Source: Geosiphon pyriformis uo1
Lineage: Eukaryota > Fungi > Glomeromycota
Length of the DNA stretch: 64,000 bases
Direction: 5' to 3'
NCBI GenBank assembly: GCA_016748015.1
Contig: JAAOMT010000025.1
Span: forward strand, 1 to 64,000
The first letter of the stretch is position 1. The number at the start of each line of letters is the position of its first letter. A program made the translations under genes and the position numbers. Shown in pieces: positions 1 through 11,911 of the stretch. The notes beneath the pieces were generated by a model that had not been told where the DNA came from, ran no database searches, and worked only from the letters and a program-made list of their open reading frames with translations.

Positions 1-605
1 TAAAAAATTTTAATTAGTTTTTTTTTTCGAAAATTAAAAATTTAATATTATTTTTAATATTTTTTAAAGTTAATTTTTTGAAAATTGGATATTTTGGTGT
101 TTATAAGCAAAATAATTAGAATATCTATTATTATTAAATAAATACTATTTGATAATATTCTTAATAATAATTTTTAAGTTTTTTAATATATTAAATATAT
201 CTCTTTATATTAAAATTTTTACACTAATAATTTTTTATTTGTTGATTTATAAATATACTAATTAGAAAATTTAAAGCAATATAATTAAATAGCTAAGATA
301 AATTAGTTAAAATGATTTTATATTTTTTGTAAAATAATTAAAATAGAATAAATACTCTTAATCTTTTTAAAAATTTAGTTTTATATAATAAAATATATAT
401 TTATATTAATAAATTCACTTTTAATATTTCAAAAAATTTATTAAATAAAATTTTTTCATGTTATAAAATATTATATATATAAAAAAACTTCTTTCTTTCT
501 TATCTCTAAAAATTCTCAAAAAAGTGCATTCTCTGCAAAAAGAAGTTTTTTTTGTTTTTTTTAGTTTATATCAATATTTTTTTACCTAATAATAACTCAT
601 TTTTC

Positions 606-2489
606 ATGAATATAGAGACTACTACAAGTAGCATCACATTTAAGAAAAAGATGCCTAAGAGTACTTTTTATGGTCCTGCTGGTGGTTTCTTTTCTCAGAA
701 GAAAAAAGTTGTTTTTAGTAATATCAAACACTCTAATGATGAAAGAAATATATTCTTGAGTAAATCTGGGCCTAGTGATAATATATATTCTAACATAGAG
801 AGCCTATCTGGTGATGATGAGGATGTTAGCATGTCTGGTGCAATTGGTGGGTCTCTTTTGAGCTCAGTTGCTACCACACCCAAGGCAAAGTGAGTCAACA
901 CTAGTGCTGTTTTTGGTTCTCCATTCAGTTCTCTCAATTTTTATATAAATGATGATGAAGTTGTACTCCCTCCTCACTTGTTTATCTCTCTTGACAAGAA
1001 GTGAATTGAACCAAAGATCATCAAAACTCTTGTAGAAGTGTCAGTTAAAAAGTTATTTGCTTTAGATATTAATCTCTCAGCTGTAAAAAAGAAATCAGCA
1101 ATGGCAAAAACTCAGTTAATCAGAAAAATTTTTTCATTAGTCAATGGTTTTGGAGAGACCACTACCTCCTCAAAATTTGAAGGGATCATCAGATCTACCT
1201 TTACTTCTGAAAAAAGCATGGAAATGGCCACTTCATTGGTCAGAGAAAAGGGAATTGTCATAAACAGCAATCTCAAAAGACAAGGAATTCATTCAGATCA
1301 GACTGTGTTCATCAAAAAAATTCCCATGAATACACCAAAAAAAATAATCATTGCTGCATTAGCTGAGCTTGGTAAAATTAAGTTGATTAAAGTTCAATTA
1401 ATTGGATTATGGCAAAAGGCTGTAATAGAATTTGCTAAATCAGATCAGACTGAATTTTTGGCTGCTAAATAGTCCTTTCTAATTGGTAAAGATTTGGTAT
1501 ATGTAGCTATAGCTGAAAAAAATTGCAATACTTGGGCATCAAAAAATCAGTTTAAGGCTCTGTTGTTTACTTTGTCTGTAAGTACAACTGCTCATGATCT
1601 GAACACTTTTTTAGATAAGATTGGTGGCAAAACTTGCATTATCAATTGCTTATTTAATACTAACAACTAAATTCACTGCACTGTGATTGGTTTTGAATCT
1701 GAGAAGTGTTTTGAATCTGCATATTGCACTGAGCCAATATTTGGTGGTGTTAAACTTTTTTGGACTAGATTGAATTTGGTTTGCTGTGAGAATTGTGGAC
1801 ATTTTGGTTAATTTGCCATGGAGTGTAATGCATCTACTGCATCCAGTGCTAAATTCTCAAGATTTGTTAAAAAAGTCACTTCAGAAGTACATTGCCTTCA
1901 GCTGGCAAAGCTGTACACAAAAAAGTGTGTTTCTATCTCCTGTTTTGCTGCTTTTGGTAACAAGTCTTGGGTGCAGGTAGTTTCACTTGCTTCTTCTTTT
2001 GGTGGCTCTTATTTCAGTTCTGGTTCTGGTTCTGGTTTTTTTTCTCTTGGTGTTGTTTATGATGAGAAAAATACTGTGGCTGATTATGATAGTTCCTCAA
2101 TTGTCAATTGTTTGGCTTCATTAAAATGCTTTTTGGAGTTGCTAGCTGATCAAGTATCAAGTGTTTTGTGCAGGTTGAATGGTGTGAAGCTGGTGTCCCT
2201 GGTGCTTGTTTCCAAAGTTGGACCTTCAGTTGTCCCTGTTTTTGTGTCATCTATGTCAGATGCTAATATGGTGTTGAATATTTTACAGCCATCTATTCTT
2301 TCTCTATCTTCCAAGATGAAAGAAAAGTCAGTTGATTTGGGTTTGAGTAGTTCAAAAGTTCTGACTTCCAAAGTTGGTGGGTTGGAATCTAAAATAATAG
2401 CTCTTGAAATTTCTATTAACTCAATATTGGAGAAGTTAAATCTGTTATGCGTGAATTCAGGCTCCTTGGCACATCATTTGCATCAATGA
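606..2489 (+). pseudogene. LINE ORF1 (gag-like nucleic-acid-binding protein; RRM-like region and CCHC knuckle)
   Basis: ORF fragments 552-893, 1038-1472 and 1818-2489 in one frame; C-E-N-C-G-H-F-G-x-F-A-M-E-C knuckle at ~1785-1826; homologous to 7822-9690 and 26754-28620. Confidence 0.85.
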
Positions 2490-5400
2490 ATGAGCTTGTT
2501 TGAAGGGTGGCTACATGTAATACTAGAGATATAACAAATTTAGCTAAACAAAATAACATTCTTTGTTGACATAAGAATTTGGGTAATATGATTTCTATTG
2601 TTACTAAGACAAAATTGAGGTCTAATATTAAGCTTTGGATTATAAATAAGTTTAATGGTGTCCAAGTTTTCATCACTGGTATGGATGTTGGTTTTTAAGA
2701 TGCTGGTGTTGCCATAATTATGGACACTTTTTTGGCTCAACATGTGTCAAAAATAGATAAGATTCCTGGTTAGTTAATTTTTGTGTGTTTTTGTTCAAAA
2801 ACAAGCCTTCAGTTATGATCTTGAATCTGTACACTGGTATATCCTTTGGCACACATTTTGGTCAAGCTGCTGATATTAATTCTATAATTTCAAAGATGGT
2901 TAATTCCAGCTTTTTTGTAGTTTTGGGTGGTGACTTTAATAAAAATGGATCTCAGAAAAGTGCAAGTTTCAAGTTCTGTTTGGGATTGGACTTAGTTAAT
3001 ACTTTTGATGAATACTTACTAACCAAAGCTACTACTTGGAGCAATTCTAAGAGTGTTGAAAGGGTGATTGATTTTATTCTAGTGAGTAGAAATTTGGCAT
3101 CTGCTATTGCATTGCATAAAGTCAAGGATGTGTCTAAGTTTTTTGATACAAATCATAAGTCAGTTTTAGTTTCAATTAGTTTGGGTAAACTACTGGATGT
3201 CCATCTTATTAGCATTTGTAGGCAAGCCAACCAAGAACAGTAGAAATTCAAATTAAGAGGTGCAGATGATGTTTAGTAGTTGAGCTTTAAAGATCATTTG
3301 TCTATTAAGTTGTTGGCTAGATCAGATATGTTTAAAAAAGTGAGTGATATTGGTGACTTAAATACAATGTGGAAAATGCTAAAAGAGGCTGTAGTACAAG
3401 CTGCCAATACAGTTTTTTCTAAAATTTGGTATAGTAAATGTGATTGTTCAAGAAATAAACAATTTTTGAGGTTCTTTAAATTAGAACTGCTTGTTGTAAA
3501 GGTTGTAAAATGTTAGAATTCTGGTGATCTTTTGAATTTTGACTGTCTTATTAAGGTCTGGTTGGCTATTGATGGTGCTGAAGCTTCCAAGATTGATAGC
3601 ATAATTTTAACTGGTGTGAGCTCAATGGAATTGATTAAGCATTTGTCAATAATAAGAAAAAAGTATCAAAGGTCCAAGTATTGTGAGTCTAAAATTGCTA
3701 AGGATACTGTTATAAGAAAGACTATTAACCGCTATATGGAAAATTTTTGTTCTGACAAAGAGGGGATGATAAAAAACATTCTGGAATGTCTATTTTGCAA
3801 GGTAGTTTTGGATTACTTGGTAGTGGATGATGAGCTGGTAGTTGAACCTAAAAAAGTAATGCTCAAGGTTGATAAAATTATGGAAGGATAGACAAGGAAG
3901 TGATTAATTATCCCAAGAATACCTAATCTTTGGTCTCAACAATATATGCCTCTAGATTATGTAGATAATAATGCTTTCTCTGGTGTGATGAATAAAATTG
4001 GTATGGAAAAATTGTCTTTGGTTGTTGATAATTTACTAAATGATAAAGCAGCTGAGTTGTTAGGAATACCTAATGAGCTATGGAAGCATTGTAGTGAGAA
4101 GGTTTTGACCTGTCTTTTGAGGCTGTTGAATTTGTGTTTAAGTCAAGATGTGGTTCCTAATCTCTAGAAGAAAGTGTGAATTTCAATAATTCTGAAATCT
4201 TACAAGTAGAATAGTGTTCTAACAAATATTAAGCCTATCATATTAGTTAATACTGTATGTAAAATACTATCTAAGATTCTATTTGATCAAATATTATTGG
4301 CTTGTAGCAAGTTTAATGTTTTTTGTAATGACTATTTTTTAGTATTGAAGGATACTTCCATCCAGTCTCCTATTTTTGCTATTGGATCAGTTGTTGAAGA
4401 TGCTCTGGAAAAAAACAAAGAGCTTTAGTTGGTACTACAGGACATGTGCAAAGTCTATGATTTGGTAGACTGGCATCATTTGTGAGTGAGCTTGTATTGC
4501 ATCAAGATATGTAAACGCTTCATCAAATTTTTTGGTAACATCTATGAGAACCAGATTAACAGAGTAATAATAGACTTTGGGCTCTCAAATGGCTACAGAA
4601 TACAGAATAGGTTAGATCAAGGAGAAGTTTTCTCTCCACTACTTTGGAGGATCTTTTATGACTCACTTCTGTGTGAGGTAAAAAGGCACAAACTCTTATG
4701 TGGGTACAGAATTAATTCTAGATTCATGGCTAAGTTTGGCAAAATTAAGACAAGTGGAGGAAAAATTTTTTTTTTGGCTGCTGGTGCTTTTGTTGATGAT
4801 ATGATTTGAATTGGTAGTAGTCATGCATCTACGCAGTATATTTTGAACATTGCAAGTGAATTTTTTATGATCAATAACATCTCAATTAATATTAATAAAA
4901 CAGTAACTATTCCAATTTATCAAGAGATTAAAAATGCCTCATTGTTGATTAATGGGTTGCCAATTTTAATTGTTAAAAAGGAGAAGCCACACTGATATTT
5001 AAGCATATTTCTATCAACTGAGAGTCTCTCTAAACCCAAGCTTATGTAGATGTCAAGTTTTTTTTTAATGTAGTGTTGAGGAAGGCTATTACAAACAAAC
5101 AATTCTGTTATTTGGTATCAGCAGTCTTGCAACCTATAGTTAGCTATTGTATACAATTCAGTTTTGTCTCTTCAGTTGTGTGTCGAAAGTAGAACATTAT
5201 GGTTAGGAAAAGTCTTAGAGCCAAAGCTAGTTTACCATGTGACTTTCCCAGTGAGGTCTTACACCATCTTTCTTTGTATGGTTTGAAGCTCTTTAAGCAA
5301 GTACAGTTTGAAAGAAAGCTGGCATCACTAATCTCTTTCTCCAATAGCCATAGTATTCTGAGACACTTATTTGTTCATAGATTCTTGGATTTACAAGTTC

Positions 5401-7164
5401 TGGGGTGGTCTCTTCTAGATCTTTTACAATTTTTTGTTAGGTTGTGTGTTAGTCTTGTAAGCAATTTTTTGGCTGGAGTGGTAAAGATTTTTTTGGAGAA
5501 TAAGTTGTCATTAACAAACAATTTGCCTTTTGCCTTTTGTGGATTTGGTAACTTTCTAATGTCTGGCATTCTGGGTCAGTTCTTGTATTTCAAATCTGTT
5601 TTATTGTTGAAGTGTTTTGGTGTTGTATTTGATGACAGACTTCTTGATAAAAAAGGAAAGGTGATAGACTGGAAGACATTTTGTCATTGAAAGCAGTTAG
5701 ACTCAAGGGGTCCAGTGCTTCACTGGTTCTTATTGGCTTTTGATTTTATGATCAAATCTGTTTCTTTGGGGGTTAGAACTACTTCTGCTAGTAGAAAAAA
5801 TGTGCTGAGTGTCTTAGATTCTGATAGATTTTTTGATGTTTATGATAGTTTATTGGAAGTGTGATCTGATTGTATTGAAGTTTATACAGATGGATTCTTA
5901 ATATATGCTGGTTCTGCTAAAGTGGCAGGTGGAATGGCTGCATACTTTCTGGCTGTAGATGCAGGTATTGGGATTAGAGTGGCTGGACTTTTGTCCTCTA
6001 CTTTGACTAAATTGCAAGCTGTAGTATTGGCATTGGAGTGTGTTCCATCTTTGTGCTCAGTGGTTTTGTATTTGGATAGTTAATCTGTGATTAGTGCATG
6101 TATTTCTGAGACCTCTTTCACTACACCTGACTTCTGTAATCAATGTTAGATCAAAAAATTACATATAAACAATCTCCTTAGGAGTAAAAATATTTCTATT
6201 AAGTGGGTAAAAGTTAAGGAACATTCAGGTGTAGTGGACAACATTAAGGCTGATGTTTTGGCTAATAAAATAACTTCCTTATCTCTTTCTTTGCCAGTTG
6301 GAATTCGGGAAAGGTTTCTGGTTGCTAAGGGAACTGCTGTATCTGGTAATGCTTGTTATTTTGTTCGAGATTTGTACTGGTCAATATGCCGTGCTTGTTG
6401 GGAGGCTGGTTCAAGTTTTGATATAGTTCCAGATATTATGATTAGGGAAATAGATTGGGGAACTACTGCAGCAGTTTGGCACTTTGATTCACATATGCTG
6501 TTTGAGTTTACCAGTAGAAAATCAGCCAATTTGCACACTTATTTGATGAACACTGTATACAGATGGTTGCTGGTTGCAGTTAGAAAAAAGTTGTATAAGA
6601 GAAGTTATCCTGAGTGTTATGCTTGATGTGTGGTGAAGTGAAGTTCTTTGATCATGTTTTTACTTGTTCTGGCGACTTTGGTCTCTGTGAGGACATTTTG
6701 GTTGAAGCTGCTAAAAAGTGGATGTCAATGTCTGGTCTTTCGAATTCATCTATATCTGCTATTCTGCTTTTACTTTTGTCATGTTTCTTGGATATAAGTT
6801 TTTATACAGCAGTTTGTAAAGGTTTTGTAATGAAAGATTGATATGTTGAAGCTATCTTAGTTTTTGAGAGGAAAAAAAAAGCTGTTCTAGCTCTTGTTGA
6901 ATACATCAGGTTTGTGATGGAGTTGCATTGCAATAAAATATGAACTATTAGGGCCAAGCATAGGGTGAATATGGAAAAAGCTGGCTTGATTGAAGATAAT
7001 GGTTTGATTTCTGGCTTGTCTGGCAGGGTGGTTTCCAGGTTGTCAGCTGGTATTGTCTATATGCTTGATGTTATAGAATTCTTTGCTGTTAGGTTTGGTA
7101 GACACAAATTGTATCATTTTTTTCTGGTTTGGATGATGATGCTTTTGTCAACATAAGTGCATAG
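2486..7164 (+). pseudogene. pol: LINE ORF2: AP endonuclease, reverse transcriptase, RNase H, C-terminal CCHC
   Basis: APE motifs ATCN, GGDFN, IDFILVS, TNH; RT motifs QGEVFSPLLW and FVDD; RNase H motifs VYTDGS and WVKVKEHSG..NIKAD; C-L-M-C...D-H-V-F-T-C; many stops and frameshifts. Confidence 0.92.
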
Positions 7165-7821
7165 TGTTGTTTTGTCTGATCTAAGTGGCTGACCACATGT
7201 AATCTGTGCATAAGCTGCATTTAGTTGGTTTCACTTAGTTTGGTTTTATGTACTAGATAGCAGTTAGGCTTCACTTGTAAAACTTGTAATAAAAAAAAAT
7301 TATGTATTATTTAATTATAATTGTATAATTTTTTTAAACTTTAAATTTGTAAATCAAATTATTTTTTTGTATATAATAATCTAGCTTACATAAAGATTTA
7401 CACAATAATTTTAATTAAGAAGTAAAATTTACAAACAATACAAATCTAATTGCTTTTTAACAAAAAAATAATATTTATAAATAAAAAATATTCAAAATTA
7501 TATATTGTTAATTTATATTAAACTAAGTCTTAAGTTAAAAAATAAAATTTTAAAAGAACAAATATTAAGAATTAATAAAATATTAATTTATTTATACAAT
7601 AGCAAAATATATAGATTATTTAATTATTTTTTAATTATTATTAGTATTTTTATTAAATAAAAATAAAAACTTAATAAATTAAAAAAAAAACTTCTTTCTT
7701 TCATACATCCACATATCCCTAAAAAGTGTTTTTCTAAAAAAGAAGTTTTTTTATTTTTTCTTATTAGTTTATTTCACAATTTTTTTTTCTAATAACTTTT
7801 TTTTCTAATAACTCTTTTTTC

Positions 7822-9690
7822 GTGGACTTGGAAGCTGCTTCTAGTAGCAATATGTCTAAAAAAAAAGCACTTAAGAGTGTTTTTTATGGTCTTGCAGATG
7901 GCTTCTTCTCACAGAAGAAAAAAGTCGTGTTTGAAAATATTAAACACTTAAATGATGAAAAAAATATCTCTTTAAACAAGTCTGGACTTGGTAATAATGT
8001 GTTCTCTAATGTGAATAGTTTGTTTGGTAATAAAAAAAGTGCTAATATGACTGGCATTAATGTTGGGTCTTTTTTGGATTTGGCTGTTAACACTTTCAAA
8101 GCAAAGCATATTAATACTAGTGTTGTTTTTAGTTCTCCACTTGGATCTTCTAATTTTGTTATAGATAATAATAAAGAAGTCTCTCTTCTTTCTCATCTTC
8201 TAATCTTCTTAGATAAGAAATAAATTGACCCAAAAATTATTAAGACTCAGATAGAAGTTGCTGTTAAGAAGTTATTTGCTTTAGATATTAATCTTTCAGC
8301 AGTGAAAAGCAAATCAGTAATGGTAAAAACTCAAGTAATTAGAAAATTATTTTCAATAGTCAATGGTTTTGGGAAGGCCACTACTCTCTCAAAATTTGAA
8401 GGAATTATCTAATCAATGTTTACTTCTGAGAAAAGCATAAATAAGGTCATATTATTGGCTAGGGAGAAGGAAATCATTATAAACACCAATCTCAAAAGAC
8501 AAAACATCTATTCAGATTGGGCTGTGGTGATCAAAAAAATTCCTATAAATATGTCTAAAGAAATGATTATTGCCATAGTTGCCAAGTTTGGTAAGATTAA
8601 GTCAATTAGAATTCAATTAATTGAAATGTGGCAAAAAACTGTAGTAGAATTCACAGAGGTGGATCAAACTAAACAGCTAGCTTCAAAGTAATCATTTCTA
8701 ATCAGAAAAGACTTTGTGCATGTGGCTATGGCTGTGAAAGATTGTGAAACTTAAGCCTCTAGAAATCAGTTTAGGGCATTGCTGTTTACTCTGTCTGTAG
8801 GAACAACAGCTTATGATTTGGACACTCTATTAAACAGGGCTGATAAGAAAACCTGCATTATAAATTGATTATTAGACACTAGCAACAGATTCTGTTGTGC
8901 TGTTGTTGGTTTTAAATCTGATAAAAATTTGGAATTTGCTTTTTGCATGGAGCCAATTTTGGGTGGTGTCAAATTATCTTGGACAAAATTGGATCTGGTT
9001 TGATGTGGCAAATATAATAAATTCAGCTATTTTGCTTTAGAATGTGATATGATAGATGCACTCACTGTCTATATCTCAAATTTATTTAAAAAGTTTTCTT
9101 CTAATGAAACTTGTTTCCAGCTAGCAAGATTGTATGCCAAGAAAAATGTTCCTATTGCTTAACCAGCTGTCTTTGGTGGCAAATTATGGACTCAAGTGGT
9201 TTCAATAACATCTGTTTCTCATGATTTATTTGCTGGTTCTGGTTCTGGCTTTCTTTTAATTAATATCTTAGGTTTTAATAAAACCTCTTCTTTTGCATTA
9301 TTGAATGAATTTTCTCTAGGCACTTGTTTGTTTTCTGTGAAATACTCTTTGGAGCTTTTGGCTGACTGTGTTTCTGTCATTGTTTGCAAGCTTAATATTG
9401 TAAAATTGATACTTTCAACTGTCTTTCATCTTCCTTGTGTCTCTGTCAGTCTATTGGCTGTTAATTCTAATATAGTTTTGGATAACTTAAGGGATTTGTC
9501 TCTACCTTTTTCTCCAGTCACTGTTGATACCTTAATTTTGGGTTCAAGTAGCTCTAAAATATTGACTACCAAGATTAACAGCTTGAAGTTGAAGTTGGTG
9601 GCTTTCAAGATTTCTATTGGTTCAGTTTTGGTAAAGTTAAATCTCTTGTATACTAGTTTGGTTTTTTCTGCTAACTCTTCCTCTCAATGA
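7822..9690 (+). pseudogene. LINE copy 2 ORF1
   Basis: Fragments 7822-8223, 8416-8691 and 9196-9690 homologous to copy 1 ORF1. Confidence 0.85.
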
Positions 9691-11023
9691 ACAAGTTGGT
9701 TTGGAAAATAGCCATGTGTAATGTTCGGAGTATCAATGTCCCTGCCAAACAAGTGGATGTTGTTTATTGGCACAAAGACTCAGAAAATATAATTTCAATT
9801 GTAATGAAAACTAAGTTAAAGTCTAGTATTAGGTTATAAATAATAAATAAGTTTAATGGTGTTCAGATTTTTGCATCTGGTTTGAATAAAAGCTTTCTTG
9901 GTACTAGAGTGGCTATTATTATAAACAATTTTCTGGTGTGACATATGTCTAAAGTAAAGGAAATTTCTGGTCAGATTATTTTAGTAAGATTTTTGTTCAA
10001 AAAAAAACTGTTCATTTCAATCTTGGGTTTATATACTAGTGTATTTGCTGAAATAAAATTTGGTCAAGCATTATGTGTCAATTTTTTTATTGCCAAGGCT
10101 ACCAATTCAAGTACTTTTGTGGTGCTAAGTGGTGATTTCAATAAAAATGGCTCAAAGAAAAGTACTAGTTTCAAGTTTTGTGTTAATTTAGGTTTAGTCA
10201 ACTCATTTTATGGACATTCTTTGGTCAAAGCTCATACATAGAACAATTCTAGAAGAGTCAAAAAAATTATTGATTTTATTTTTGTGAACCAGCATCTGAT
10301 ATCTGTGACTGCCAATTATAAGGTAGATTTGGTGCCTAATTTTTTTAATACTAACTACAGAGCAGTTTTAATCATGATTGGTTTGGGTGGTCTATTAGAC
10401 TTTTGTCTTAATAATCAATATAGGCAAGCTAACAAAGATAAATAGAAGTTCAGAATTAAGAAAGCAGATAAAAATAAGTAGTCTCAGTTTAGAAAGTGTT
10501 TTTTGGGAAGATTCCTGAAAAAATTATAGACTTTAATTGTGCAAAAAACTGTGGTCACTTGGACACAATGTGCAAAATTCTGATGAAAGTGGTGGCTAGT
10601 GCTGCTGATGAAACTTTCTCCAAGCTTTGGTTTAGAGAGCTCGATTGTGCAAAAAATAAACTTTCATCTAAATTTTTTCAACTGGAATTGTTGGTGGCTA
10701 AGATTGTAAAGTGTTTGGTCTTAAAACAGGATCCAAAAGTTGATCATCTTATTAATATTTGGACTGTTATCAATGAGGCAGAAGCTAGTAAAATTAAGAT
10801 TATGTTTAACAGTGAGACCTGTCTAAATGAAATTATATATAAACTTTCTTGAGTCAAAAAAAATTATCACAAATCTAAATATCACAAATTCAAGGTTGTC
10901 AGAGATGTTTTTATTAGAAAAGTTATAGATAAATATATGAAAAATTTCTGCTCTAATAAAGACAAGATGATTAAAAGTGTGTTGAACTAGTCTTTCCAAA
11001 AAATGGTGTTAATTACTTGGTAG
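9687..11023 (+). pseudogene. pol: LINE copy 2 ORF2, N-terminal part (AP endonuclease)
   Basis: AMCNVRSI, SGDFN and IDFIFV motifs; ends at the Gypsy A1 junction. Confidence 0.88.
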
Positions 11024-11879
11024 TGTTACTTATAAAATATAAGAAGTATATTAGCATATAAATTAGCCAATTAGAAATAGCCATAGTAAATATGGAATTT
11101 CAGGATTCCTTTCAGAAGAATTGCAGGATTCCAGAAATTTCAGAATTCTCATACAAGGAATTGCAGGATTCCAAAATTCCAGGATTCCTCTCAAAAGAAT
11201 TACAGGATTCTAGAAATTTCAGGATTCCTGGTGTGAAGAATTAAGGAATCAAGAAATCTTAATTATGTATATATAGCAGTAGTATTAGAAGTAGAAAAAA
11301 ACAGACCCTTTAGTTTAAATTTGATCTAAGCAACCTTCCATATCACAAATAAATAATTATTCAATATCTCAAATTCACTTTCCACTATCAATACTTCATG
11401 TTGATAGTAATTGATACTTAATCACACTGGAACAATAGCTTTTGATCATGACTATTGATAAGATACTAACATTTATTGTCTTGGCTTATTTCTTTATTTT
11501 CTTGTATTTCTTTTACTTTTTTTGTTATTTCTTATTTACTAATTGATTAAAGGATTAAAAGCACTAAGTTATTAATGTCACAGATAGTCTGGTAAAAAAC
11601 CCCAAAGGAAAGATATAAGAATTGAATATTAAGGATAGCTTACCAAAAGGGCATCTCTGCCAAATTACTGGCCACCATGCTGAAGAAAAAATTCGATGGA
11701 ATTGTAATTCCAAGAGGCTACTGAAAAGACAACAATTGAATCTCTGTCCATTATACAAAAGACTCAACCAAAACCTTTAGATCCATAATACTTTCAGATT
11801 TTCAACACTAATTTAGTTATTGAGCACCAAGCTACAGGTTTGTTATTTGATTTGAGATTCCAAATAATCACCTGTAACA
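11024..11879 (+). repeat. Gypsy A1 5' LTR
   Basis: TGTTAC...TGTAACA; direct repeat of 20257-21112; TATATATA at ~11268 and AATAAA at ~11348. Confidence 0.95.
11094..11260 (+). repeat. U3 tandem array: about three 39-40 bp units built from GGAATTCC/CAGGATTCC motifs, just upstream of the TATA box
   Basis: Repeating GAATTGCAGGATTCCAGRAATTYCAGGATTCC; present in all six family-A LTRs. Confidence 0.85.
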
Positions 11880-11881
11880 TT

Positions 11882-11897
11882 TGGTGCTCCCTATGAG
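11882..11897 (+). promoter_or_regulatory. Primer-binding site (tRNA 3'-end complement)
   Basis: TGGTGCTCCCTATGAG, 2 nt after the 5' LTR; equivalents at 33768-33783 and 52461-52476 (-). Confidence 0.85.
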
Positions 11898-11911
11898 ATA
11901 TAATTCTACAG

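Larger units (their letters stand above)
488..7299 (+). mobile_element. LINE copy 1: full-length APE-type non-LTR retrotransposon with RNase H, uninterrupted, decayed
   Basis: Starts at CTTCTTTC after an A7 run (same 5' end as copy 2); ORF1 and ORF2 remnants; 3' UTR ending in AATAAA and A9 (7291-7299). Confidence 0.93.

Noticed and set aside
1-480. Telomeric repeats, tRNA/rRNA genes or organellar DNA in the AT-rich tracts
   Set aside because: No periodic telomere motif, cloverleaf or recognisable organellar gene was found by eye
695-937. Short minus-strand ORFs over the LINEs (e.g. 695-937, 2150-2371, 7884-8099, 53520-54047)
   Set aside because: Shadow ORFs antisense to recognisable ORF1/ORF2, with no motifs of their own
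2486-7164. Alternative genetic code or stop readthrough explaining the many in-frame stops
   Set aside because: Stop positions differ between copies, align to CGA/CAA/CAG/TGG in sister copies, and co-occur with frameshifts
11129-11220. Perfect heat-shock elements TTCnnGAAnnTTC at 11129-11141 and 11208-11220
   Set aside because: Less decayed LTRs read TTCCAGGAATTCC, which has the wrong spacing; the HSE match probably results from G>A/C>T decay
11094-11260. CRISPR-like or satellite array
   Set aside because: No unique spacers and no cas genes; it is an internal LTR repeat copied with each LTR
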